Assembly (NCBI RefSeq): GCF_000015225.1
Contig: NC_008698.1
Coordinates: 570,001 to 602,000, forward strand
Direction: 5' to 3'
DNA length: 32,000 nt
Source: Thermofilum pendens Hrk 5
Lineage (GTDB): Archaea; Thermoproteota; Thermoprotei; Thermofilales; Thermofilaceae
Of the stretch, positions 18,081 through 25,896 are shown one piece after another. Position 1 is the stretch's first letter, and each line of letters opens with the position of its first letter. Under the pieces are notes generated by a model. It did not search any database. It worked only from the letters and a program-made list of their open reading frames with translations, and was not told where the DNA came from. Both the position numbers and the translations under genes were made by a program.

Positions 18081-18476
18081 GGTCGCGCGTGAAGTTGCAT
18101 TGTCTCAACACGCACAGAAAAAGCGCGTGGAAAAGGAGAAGGAAAAAGAGTGTTTTAGGTTTACTCTTTTGCTAGCTTTTCGATGGCTTTGATCGTTGCC
18201 TGGGCTACCCCGAGGACGGGGTAGTAGACGGTGACCTTGCCTACGCGCGTGTGCGCCGCAAGAGCAGAGACGAAGACCGCGAAGAGCTCCCAGGACTCGC
18301 TGTTCGAGCATGTGAGCGAGGACCCAGAACTCTGGGAGGCTCTCTATGCGTTCGCTAAGGCGGAGGTTAAGCCGGTTGCGGAGAAGCTATTCGAGGGATT
18401 GCTGAAAATACGCCTGCTGGGGGCACTAGAAAAGAGGTAAGACCAACAGAGAAAGACACCCCCGGTCCCCTCCTCC
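18081..18476 (+). repeat. internally deleted, degenerate copy (copy B) of the multicopy unit retaining left-end-like and right-end sequences
   Basis: Left part: GGTCGCGCGTGAAG..AGCGCGTGGAAAAGGAGAAGGAAAAAGAGTGTTTTAGG resembles 25501-25560. Right part encodes SLFEHVSEDPELWEALYAFAKAEVKPVAEKLFEGLLK, compare SLFEHARSDTELRATLLAFAKHKAEQYPKAQSLVERLEK. Tail TAAGACCAACAGAGAAAGACACCCCCGGTCCCCTCCTCC lies at 18438-18476. Confidence 0.6.
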
Positions 18477-18555
18477 GCTACGAGCATAACTAGTTGCAGC
18501 ATCGCGCGAGCGCATGTGCCGATAGGTAAAAAAAGGTTCTCATAACGATTGGTAA

Positions 18556-19398
18556 GTGTTCGAAATGCATGCGCGTGTAAAGGCTTTCCTAAGGCTTTCC
18601 AGGATAGAGCACGGAGTAATGTCAGGCTTGGCCGTTATAGCTGGGGCTTTGTCCACACAAGTGTTTGTAGCCGACAAGGCAGTGCTTGCTGCACTATCGG
18701 CATTCTTCGCCGAAACGTCGCTCTTCGCCTTTAACGACGTCTTTAACGTGGAGGAGGACAAGGTGAATAACCCTACGAGACCCATAGTCGCTGGTGAGAT
18801 TTCGCTCCGAGAGGCTCTTCTCTTTGCCATCGCCACAGGAATAATGTCGGTCGTATTCGCGTCTGCAATTGGCCCGTTCCCCCTAGCGGTCATAGCCTTA
18901 GCCCTCGGGCTCGGAATACTTTACGATGCCATGTTGAAGAGGCACGGCTTCCTGGGAAACCTTATAGTCGCGGGGCTGACGGCGTTTACATTCCCGTTCG
19001 GCGCAATAGCGGTGACGGCTTCTCCAACAGAGAAATCACTTCTCTTCTTTGCAGTAGCTTTTCTGGCAAACGTTGGCAGAGAAATCGTAAAGGGTATCAG
19101 GGACCTCGAGGGGGACATGAAGGCGGGTATCTGCACGTTGCCATGTGAAGTAGGAGAAAAGCCTGCCGGCGTCATCGCCGCTGCCTTCATGTCGCTGGCT
19201 GTTGTCCTCAGTTTTTCGGGTCTAGCGTTTGTAAGCTTAAAGCACCTCTACCTCGCGCTTATACTGGTAACGGACGTCATCTTCGCTTATTCGGCAGCTG
19301 TGATGGCTCTTAAGGCGGACAGGCACCACGCGGAGGTTGCGAGAAGAATAACGTTGCCGGCAATGCTCCTAGCAATAGTAGCGTTCACGTTGCCGTAG
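18556..19398 (+). CDS. UbiA-family prenyltransferase, probable digeranylgeranylglyceryl phosphate synthase
   Basis: 280 aa, polytopic membrane protein. Asp-rich motif NDVFNVEEDKVNNPTRP and a second motif region REIVKGIRDLEGD. The start is GTG 18556 or ATG 18565, about 28 nt after GGTAAAAAAAGG. Confidence 0.8.
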   Translation: MFEMHARVKAFLRLSRIEHGVMSGLAVIAGALSTQVFVADKAVLAALSAFFAETSLFAFNDVFNVEEDKVNNPTRPIVAGEISLREALLFAIATGIMSVVFASAIGPFPLAVIALALGLGILYDAMLKRHGFLGNLIVAGLTAFTFPFGAIAVTASPTEKSLLFFAVAFLANVGREIVKGIRDLEGDMKAGICTLPCEVGEKPAGVIAAAFMSLAVVLSFSGLAFVSLKHLYLALILVTDVIFAYSAAVMALKADRHHAEVARRITLPAMLLAIVAFTLP

Positions 19399-19411
19399 TT
19401 CACGCGAATTT

Positions 19412-20065
19412 CTAGCGAGAGGGTGAGAGTCTTTCTCGAAGAGTCTCGGCAACTCCCAGCGCGAATATACGGTGGGCGTCCCGCATGTGATCGTCAAGCC
19501 TCTTGATGGCTTCATCGCCGAGTACTCCGCTTGTAAGCCGCCTTACCCTTTCTTCGTCAATTATCTTCACGACGAGCTTTCCTAAGGGAATATTTCCCAA
19601 GTCTGGGAAGTACCGGGCACCGTAACTTCCAGCGAAAACAATAATTCTCTGGAAGTAGTTCGCGAGCTTCGAGATTACATCTATCAGAGTTTCCTGGGGA
19701 ACCGTGGTCCATACGACTGGCGTGTACTTAACGGCAAATACCACACCGGAGTGTGAGGCACCAGGATCCACGCCGAGCAACACTTCCTCCGATGCTCCCG
19801 TCAGGCGTGAATACACGTAAACCGGTATCGCTAGGCCGGCCACCTTCTCGTCTATTAGTTCGCACGGAATCTTCACACTCTCAGATCCCAAAGGGATCAA
19901 GGAGAAGTCCCATCCGTAGATAGACACGAGCTTGGCGAGCAAGCTCCTTTTCTCCGAGCACGAAGAGTCGGGTTCAACGGTCACAGGTACTGACTTTGCA
20001 TGGTATATGTGCTTATAGCCTTGAAGTTTCGCGCCCACCGAGCCAAGATGTTCCATAACACACAT
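19412..20065 (-). CDS. hypothetical protein with RuvC/RNase H-like nuclease signature in its C-terminal half
   Basis: LLGVDPGASHSGVVFAV (RuvC motif I-like GxDPG), acidic KIIDEE, and C-terminal DDHMRDAHRIFALG (RuvC-like D/H..DA..IA). Identified by eye only. Confidence 0.4.
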   Translation of the reverse strand: MCVMEHLGSVGAKLQGYKHIYHAKSVPVTVEPDSSCSEKRSLLAKLVSIYGWDFSLIPLGSESVKIPCELIDEKVAGLAIPVYVYSRLTGASEEVLLGVDPGASHSGVVFAVKYTPVVWTTVPQETLIDVISKLANYFQRIIVFAGSYGARYFPDLGNIPLGKLVVKIIDEERVRRLTSGVLGDEAIKRLDDHMRDAHRIFALGVAETLRERLSPSR

Positions 20066-20094
20066 AAATTTCTTTTCTCTCTCGGTGTCTTTCC

Positions 20095-20727
20095 TCAGAC
20101 GTCTAACGATTTATGGTAGACCTGTGAAAGTAGTTCTCCGGGGTCCATTGAAAGCCTAAGAACAGTGTTGAGGTCTTTATCCCTAACTTCAACTACAAGA
20201 TTTTCTCCGTTTCTCGAAAGAAAAGTGTACTCGGAGGCGTAAGGTCTAAGTGCGGAGAAAAACCTGGGCTTTGAATCAAGCCCCGGCATAGTCACGATGA
20301 GCACTGTACACCGGCTCTTCTCGGCTACTTCGTAGAGCTTCGCGGCCACAAAGGTATTAGCCCTAAGAACTGGGTGAGACTTTCCTAGGGTCAACAGGGG
20401 GGATGTGAGCGAGGCGAAGCCGTCGTACACGATAACTGTATTTTCATCGCTGACCTGCTCTAAGCGCAGTAGAGCGGCGACCTCCTCTTTGAAACTTAGT
20501 GCTCTGAGAACGAGAAAATCCTTTGAGAAGCTACTAGGGAAATCCAGGAATGCATGCTTCGCTAGCCCAACGTAGACCTTCCTCTCTTTCTTCATGGACT
20601 TTGCGAGCAGTAAGGCAAAAGTTGTTTTTAGCGAGCCGGGCTCGCCATATACTACGTGAAGCCCAGACCTAGATAGTATTCGTAGCAACCTTCCGTATTT
20701 TTCTCCTCGTGGCGTCGGAGACCCCAT
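20095..20727 (-). CDS. RecA-superfamily (RadA-paralog/KaiC-like) single-domain ATPase with a deviant P-loop
   Basis: VVYGEPGSLKTTFALLLA (Walker A with Leu in place of the second Gly of GxxxxGKT). Walker B-like TVIVYDGF and CTVLIVTM strands. 210 aa. Confidence 0.6.
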   Translation of the reverse strand: MGSPTPRGEKYGRLLRILSRSGLHVVYGEPGSLKTTFALLLAKSMKKERKVYVGLAKHAFLDFPSSFSKDFLVLRALSFKEEVAALLRLEQVSDENTVIVYDGFASLTSPLLTLGKSHPVLRANTFVAAKLYEVAEKSRCTVLIVTMPGLDSKPRFFSALRPYASEYTFLSRNGENLVVEVRDKDLNTVLRLSMDPGELLSQVYHKSLDV

Positions 20728-20728
20728 G

Positions 20729-21088
20729 CTACTTGAAGTTTGTGTAGATGAATAGCAACAGGAGCAGCGATACCGCCACTACAGCTACACCGCTCACGAG
20801 CGTGAAGTAAAACGCGGAGCGCTGAGGGCTATACTTAGTAGAGTCGTATATGATCAGTAACCCTACGATCGCCATCGCGTATAGGAAGAGGACTATGATC
20901 ATCTCGGAGACTGTCTGGCCGCCGCCGGACGGGTAAATCAGTTGCACTCCGAGCGAGAAGGGCGGGCGCTCCGAGAGGACGTAGAAAACCCCAGAAGCTA
21001 TCAAGAGTATCACTGCTAGCAGTGCCGCGGCGAGAACCCTGAAATCTATACCACGCTTCGATACTCTTAGAGCCACGAGTTTCTCCAT
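20729..21088 (-). CDS. small integral membrane protein (3-4 predicted TM segments)
   Basis: Hydrophobic stretches AAALLAVILLIASGVFYVL, MIIVLFLYAMAIVGLLIIY and FYFTLVSGVAVVAVSLLLLLFIY. Its stop lies 1 nt from the ATG of the ATPase gene. The TATA-like box is only ~10 nt from ATG 21088, so GTG 21076 may be the real start. Confidence 0.5.
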   Translation of the reverse strand: MEKLVALRVSKRGIDFRVLAAALLAVILLIASGVFYVLSERPPFSLGVQLIYPSGGGQTVSEMIIVLFLYAMAIVGLLIIYDSTKYSPQRSAFYFTLVSGVAVVAVSLLLLLFIYTNFK

Positions 21089-21120
21089 TCACGAGAGTAT
21101 AAATTGTTTGCGCAATGCTG

Positions 21121-21167
21121 GGAGGAGAGGGCCGGGGCGCCTACTCCCTGCCGGTCTTACTCTTTAG
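21121..21167 (-). repeat. solo 3'-tail repeat (copy C) of the multicopy unit, inverted orientation
   Basis: The reverse complement reads CTAAAGAGTAAGACCGGCAGGGAGTAGGCGCCCCGGCCCTCTCCTCC. Its first 23 nt are identical to 28121-28143, and the remainder matches the C-rich tail. Confidence 0.85.
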
Positions 21168-21248
21168 TTGTTTCGCCCCCGCGCGCAGGTGCACGCAAAG
21201 CTTATGCTTGTGTCTTTTGACCATGTAATGGGGGTTGTGTGCGTGTAC

Positions 21249-21428
21249 ATGGTTAGGTGCTCGAAGTGTGGGTATGCGTTCTACAGAGGGGAGAAAATGC
21301 CGAACTTGTTCAAGGTCTACTCATCGGTGGGGGGAAAATGCCCCAGATGTGGAAACGCTATTGGCTGGGTTCCTAAAAGTATCAACGTAGTCAAACGCTC
21401 GGCGTCCCGAAGAGGCGCTCGAAGCTAA
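21249..21428 (+). CDS. small zinc-ribbon protein
   Basis: 59 aa from the internal ATG: MVRCSKCGY..GKCPRCGN with a basic tail. The upstream part of the track ORF (21168..) overlaps the tail repeat. Confidence 0.45.
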   Translation: MVRCSKCGYAFYRGEKMPNLFKVYSSVGGKCPRCGNAIGWVPKSINVVKRSASRRGARS

Positions 21429-21558
21429 CCACGGGCGGATGGGAGAAGTAGAGACCCCCTTTAACAGGTTCACTCGCCAAACGCGCGCGGCGCGCGAAAG
21501 AAAGAGATATATTTGGCGTGGTATAGCGGTTTTTACAGCGAATATGCGGGTGTAGGGC

Positions 21559-23754
21559 GTGGCGAGAGGCGAGAAGGTTGTTGGAAAGCTGGTATCTGCC
21601 TTGGAGTTTCTAGGCAGCCCGAAGGTTGTCGTCGCTGTTCTCCTACTTATGTCGTTCACAGTAACGTTGCTTGCAAGGCTCACACCCATGCATTGGGGCG
21701 TGTATCTCAACGAGTTCGACCCTTACTACGAGTACTACCTTTCTGAGCAGTTACTCGCACACGGCAACGGCAACTACTTCGCAGGGGTTGCGTGGTGGTA
21801 TCACTGGTGGTTCGAAAACCCCAAACCTAGAGACACGCTTTTCTGGGCTCCGGAAGGGAGAGACCTTAGAGGGACAAGCCAACCTGGACCAGCGTTCTTT
21901 AGCGCTGGTGTCTATACTCTCTTGAGGACTCTCGGCTTCGACGTTTCGCTGTACTACGTCCACGCTTTCCTAGTACCCTTTGTAGCGTCACTAGCGGTGT
22001 TCACGGCCTACTTGCTGGGGAGCGAGCTAAAGGACTACAGAGCGGGCGTGCTAGCGTCCGTACTCATAGCTCTAAGCTGGGCGTACATGTACAGAACGAA
22101 TCTAGGCGCGAAGCACGAGGCGATAGCCATTCCATTCATGTTGCTTGGTTTTTACCTGTTCCTTAAAGGCTACAAGAAAAAGTCGCTACTACTGTCGATA
22201 CTGGCCGGGCTCTCCCTCGGAGTAGTAGTTCTCGCGTGGGGAGCCTACGTTTACCCGTGGAACCTACTGGCGCTCGTCGTCCTCTTCTGGCTATTCTTCC
22301 ACCCGGACGATACCGCGATAGCCAGGTCGTACGTAGCAACAAACCTTGTGGTAACATTCTTCGTGGCTACGACGCCCAGGTTCGGCCCCTCCGTAGCGTT
22401 CATGTCTTTCTTGGGCTTCCTGCCGCTAGTGGCCACCCTAGCTTCGATACTGGTAATCTTCGGCATAAGGGTTCCCTCGAGTAGCCTTGGGGCCAAGAAG
22501 ACACGTAGGACTTTACTCGTACTTCTCGTCGTCTTGCTCGTAGTTTTCGCCTTGGGGACTTACCTCGGAGTGTTCCGGGGGCTTGCCGGCAGAATAATGG
22601 CTGTAGTCATGCCCCTTGTACGCGAGCCTGGCGTTACCACGGTGGCCGAGCACCAGGTTCCCACGTGGAACCAGCTCTTCGACGACTTCCAGACCTCGCT
22701 TATATTCGCGTTTTTCGCAGGCTACCTCTACTTCCTTAAGTCGAAGGATGACTTCAACAGCGCCTTTATCTCGCTCTTCATAGCTACGGCGGTGTACTTC
22801 TCCGCCTCCATAGTTAGGCTTCTTCTACTCCTCTCCCCCGCCGTCGCGATTGCAGGGTCTCTCGGTCTCGTCGAAATACTGGATAGGCTGGCACTACCTG
22901 CGGAGAGAAGCTACGACAAGAGACACAGAGGAGCCTCCACCCAGACAACGCGCCACCTAGCGATCCTGATAGCGGTAATCCTGTTGCTCCTCTTCTCCCC
23001 GTCTATACTCGCCTCAAAAATACCGCTGAACTCCCACCAACCACCACTCATACTCACGTCTTCCGTGCCCCTAGTGCGGTACGACTACGAGTACATGGAC
23101 TGGCTGTCCGCCCTTCAGTGGATATCCGAGAACGTGCCTAGGGATGCGACGATAGCGACCTGGTGGGATTACGGGTACTGGATAAGCGTGAACACGGGAA
23201 GGAAGACTACGTGTGACAACGCTACTATAGACACGAAGCAGATACAGAAGATAGCTAAGGCCTTTATGAGCGACGAAGACACCGCGCTAAGGATATTCAA
23301 GGAGCTGAACGTCTCCTACGTCGTAGTGTTCGAGCCTCTCCAACAGCTACAGCTCTCGAACGGCCTCACGGTATGGTTCTCGATGATGCACCCCGCGCTC
23401 GGCGGAGACATAGCTAAATCTCCGCAAATGCTCAAGTGGATCGGGCTCAGCGCTAACGACTACATATACGGGTATAACAACGGATCTTTCGCCTACCTGC
23501 AACAAGGGGGCTACACGCTCTACCTGATACTTCCAGCCAACACCCCGCAAGCGCTCAACGCGACGCTCTACAGGATGGTATACACGAGAAACCATAAGCA
23601 GCAAGTATTCATCTTTGACCCCTTCCTCTACCAGCTCTTCGGGCTCCAGGGATACAAAGGACCCACGTACACGTTCGCCCCCCTCAAGAACTTCGAGCTC
23701 GTATACGTGTCAGAGCCAAACGGGTGGGTAAAAGTTTTCAGGGTCAAGGGGTAG
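21559..23754 (+). CDS. aglB: archaeal oligosaccharyltransferase AglB (STT3 family)
   Basis: 731 aa. About 13 TM N-terminal domain, diagnostic WWDYGYWI motif and a C-terminal soluble domain. Confidence 0.95.
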   Translation: MARGEKVVGKLVSALEFLGSPKVVVAVLLLMSFTVTLLARLTPMHWGVYLNEFDPYYEYYLSEQLLAHGNGNYFAGVAWWYHWWFENPKPRDTLFWAPEGRDLRGTSQPGPAFFSAGVYTLLRTLGFDVSLYYVHAFLVPFVASLAVFTAYLLGSELKDYRAGVLASVLIALSWAYMYRTNLGAKHEAIAIPFMLLGFYLFLKGYKKKSLLLSILAGLSLGVVVLAWGAYVYPWNLLALVVLFWLFFHPDDTAIARSYVATNLVVTFFVATTPRFGPSVAFMSFLGFLPLVATLASILVIFGIRVPSSSLGAKKTRRTLLVLLVVLLVVFALGTYLGVFRGLAGRIMAVVMPLVREPGVTTVAEHQVPTWNQLFDDFQTSLIFAFFAGYLYFLKSKDDFNSAFISLFIATAVYFSASIVRLLLLLSPAVAIAGSLGLVEILDRLALPAERSYDKRHRGASTQTTRHLAILIAVILLLLFSPSILASKIPLNSHQPPLILTSSVPLVRYDYEYMDWLSALQWISENVPRDATIATWWDYGYWISVNTGRKTTCDNATIDTKQIQKIAKAFMSDEDTALRIFKELNVSYVVVFEPLQQLQLSNGLTVWFSMMHPALGGDIAKSPQMLKWIGLSANDYIYGYNNGSFAYLQQGGYTLYLILPANTPQALNATLYRMVYTRNHKQQVFIFDPFLYQLFGLQGYKGPTYTFAPLKNFELVYVSEPNGWVKVFRVKG

Positions 23755-23938
23755 ACGCTTTCGCGTTACCTTGTAGTAGCTGAAGCTTGATTTTTCGCCT
23801 ATACTCGCCGTACTTGTCATCAGGAGAAAACTTCGCCGGGTGCGGAGTTTTCACGGGGCCACCGCAGTACGGGCATTTATCTTGTCTGAGTGTGTATAGC
23901 CCGCACTTCTCGCACCTTCTCAGTATTCCTCGAGACAT
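23744..23938 (-). CDS. nop10: H/ACA RNP protein Nop10
   Basis: LRRCEKCGLYTLRQDKCPYCGGPVKTPHPAKFSPDDKYGEYRR. Conserved adjacency to aIF2alpha. The start is Met at 23938, or 23956 if overlapping. Confidence 0.85.
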   Translation of the reverse strand: MSRGILRRCEKCGLYTLRQDKCPYCGGPVKTPHPAKFSPDDKYGEYRRKIKLQLLQGNAKASTP

Positions 23939-23952
23939 GCGGGGCACCTGTC

Positions 23953-24750
23953 TCATGTCTCTAGGCGTTTATAGCTAAAGCTGCACCCGTTCTTTTTTGC
24001 TGCCTGCTCCATTACTGATATTATTTCGGCCAGGATTTTCTCTCCTTCCTTGTAGCTCTGTGCCTCAATGTCGAGCTTGTACCTAGGGGACCCGAGCGTG
24101 TACACCCTTACGCTGGCATCTCGGGGGATGCTTACCACGTTTTCCCACTCCGTGAGGGTGGACTTTACGCCCTCTATTCCCTTCGAGAGGCACTGGAGGT
24201 TTATAAGCGCAGAGAGCTTAACCTTCTTGGGCTTGATACCCTGTCTTGCTAGTTCTGCGAGCACCTTCGCCCACTGTTTACTGACTCCTGCCTCAAGCAA
24301 TGCCTCTTCTCCGCGCGCACTTGCCTCCTCTAGCCCCCTGAATATCTCTCCATAGTGATCCTCAAGCTTCCATCCTGCTTCCCTGTAGGCATCGTCCAAC
24401 GTTTTGTTAAGCTTTGAAGCAGCCATTTCCAGTATCTTCTCCGCCCTCTGTGCGCGCTTCCACTCTATGATCTTCTCCCTCCTTTCCTTCTCGGAAACTC
24501 TTCTAAGAGATACGTCTACGAGCTTCTTGTTCCTGTCTACCCTGATAACTTTTAAGACGTATTTCCGCCCTACCTTCAAAACATCTCGTATATTTTTAAA
24601 CCAGGAGTGGCTGACCTCTCCTAGAGGTATGTATGCCTTTAGCCCTCCAAACTCATCGAGAGAGACGAACGCTCCGTGATCCTGAATATCGATTACCGTC
24701 CCGACTACCAGCTCGTTTAGGCTCGGCACATCCTCCCTTCTGCGCACCAT
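23953..24750 (-). CDS. eif2a: translation initiation factor aIF-2 alpha subunit
   Basis: 265 aa. N-terminal S1 domain (VVGTVIDIQDHGAFVSLDEFGGLKAYIPLGEVS), then helical and alpha-beta C-terminal domains. Confidence 0.95.
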   Translation of the reverse strand: MVRRREDVPSLNELVVGTVIDIQDHGAFVSLDEFGGLKAYIPLGEVSHSWFKNIRDVLKVGRKYVLKVIRVDRNKKLVDVSLRRVSEKERREKIIEWKRAQRAEKILEMAASKLNKTLDDAYREAGWKLEDHYGEIFRGLEEASARGEEALLEAGVSKQWAKVLAELARQGIKPKKVKLSALINLQCLSKGIEGVKSTLTEWENVVSIPRDASVRVYTLGSPRYKLDIEAQSYKEGEKILAEIISVMEQAAKKNGCSFSYKRLET

Positions 24751-24867
24751 AAGACATCCTAGAGTTCTAGGAAGTATACTATAAAAAGATGTTGGAGTAC
24801 AATGGCTCGCGTGCGAGAGGAGAATTAACGCGTGCTGGAAGTATAGCGTTACGGAGAAATCAGCTCT

Positions 24868-25065
24868 CTATAGGACCTCGAGTATCTCGGCTATTATCAG
24901 CGCTTTGCCACCTGTAGGCTCTACTAGTATTTTACCGCACTTAGGACACTTGACCTTCGTTGACGCGTGGCTATACGTTACAAGGATATTGCCGCAGTCT
25001 GGGCATCGGATCTTGAGAAACTTGCTTCGTGGTTGTGGGATAAGGGCCTTGCGCTCGTGCCCCAC
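24868..25065 (-). CDS. rps27e: 30S ribosomal protein S27e
   Basis: 65 aa. Zinc ribbon CPDCG..CPKCG with [19 protein letters not shown]. Confidence 0.9.
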   Translation of the reverse strand: MGHERKALIPQPRSKFLKIRCPDCGNILVTYSHASTKVKCPKCGKILVEPTGGKALIIAEILEVL

Positions 25066-25067
25066 GC

Positions 25068-25355
25068 TTACTTCACCTTTTCTACTATTTCAAGCTTCTT
25101 CAGTCTGATACCTTCCTTGTGATACGTATAGCCGCAGACCTTGCACTTAAGCTTTAGAACCTGCTTCTTGGTCACTTTAGCAGTTCTCTTCTGTTCGGGC
25201 TTACGCTTCGAACCGTAACCTTTCTGCTTCCTAAGATAGCGTCTTTGCCCCTCGGCAAGGGTTCTTCTCTTCCCAGCCTTGTAAAGCGTTACTTCATGCT
25301 CTGTGTAAGTTTTGCACCGCGGACAGTAGGTGCGGATAACGCTTGGAACTTTCAT
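25068..25355 (-). CDS. rpl44e: 50S ribosomal protein L44e
   Basis: 95 aa. [30 protein letters not shown] pattern of L44e. Confidence 0.9.
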   Translation of the reverse strand: MKVPSVIRTYCPRCKTYTEHEVTLYKAGKRRTLAEGQRRYLRKQKGYGSKRKPEQKRTAKVTKKQVLKLKCKVCGYTYHKEGIRLKKLEIVEKVK

Positions 25356-25392
25356 TTCACTTCACCGAGCCCACCCCTCTTCTATGAAATTA

Positions 25393-25407
25393 CATTATAA
25401 ACCTTAC
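25393..25407 (-). promoter_or_regulatory. BRE/TATA promoter of the L44e-S27e operon
   Basis: The minus strand reads GTAAGGTTTATAATG, about 40 nt upstream of ATG 25355, with an SD-like GGTGA in between. The same GTAAGGTTTAT core occurs in the EF-1alpha promoter. Confidence 0.6.
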
Positions 25408-25557
25408 GCATGCGAGAGACAAGCTTCGAGAGAACCTTGGCAGCCTTGTACCTGTTTAGCCTGGGCGCTATATCTCTTTGAAGCCTAAAATAAGGATCTT
25501 GATCGCGCGCGGTAGCGCGTGTTTACAAACCAGGGAAAAAGGAGAAAAAGGAGTTTT

Positions 25558-25788
25558 TTACGCTAGCCCTAGCTCTCTCAGCTCCTCAACGCCCTCCTCA
25601 AGCTCGCGCTCCAGCTCTTCGTCTTCCTCGACTCGCGGGGTCGCGCTTCCCACGGAGGTTAAAAACTCTTCGATTGCGTCCAACGCCTCTACTAGGCGCG
25701 CCTCGTACAGCCCGTCGCCCTTAAGAGTGCTCGCCAAAAGCCGCGAAAGCGCGCCTATCGTTCGCACGGTAACTCTCGGGTCGCTCAT
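25558..25788 (-). CDS. small acidic helical protein, unknown function (part of the multicopy unit)
   Basis: 76-aa ORF (MSDPRVTVRTIGALSRLL...EEDEELERELEEGVEELRELGLA). SD-like GAGGTAATGAGG lies upstream. A T/C-rich terminator-like tract after the stop is also partly retained at 18128-18160. Confidence 0.35.
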   Translation of the reverse strand: MSDPRVTVRTIGALSRLLASTLKGDGLYEARLVEALDAIEEFLTSVGSATPRVEEDEELERELEEGVEELRELGLA

Positions 25789-25896
25789 GCTCGGTCAACC
25801 CTCATTACCTCTTTCAACGCGGAAAAAACGGGAGAAAGCTCCCACGTTTACAAACGCAGGCAATAAATCCCAAAATCCACTATTAACATAGCAATC

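Noticed and set aside
25478-25891. 137-aa plus-strand Ser-rich ORF
   Set aside because: It is antisense to the acidic 76-aa ORF. The poly-Ser is the mirror of GAG/GAA-rich coding on the other strand, and there is no start context.
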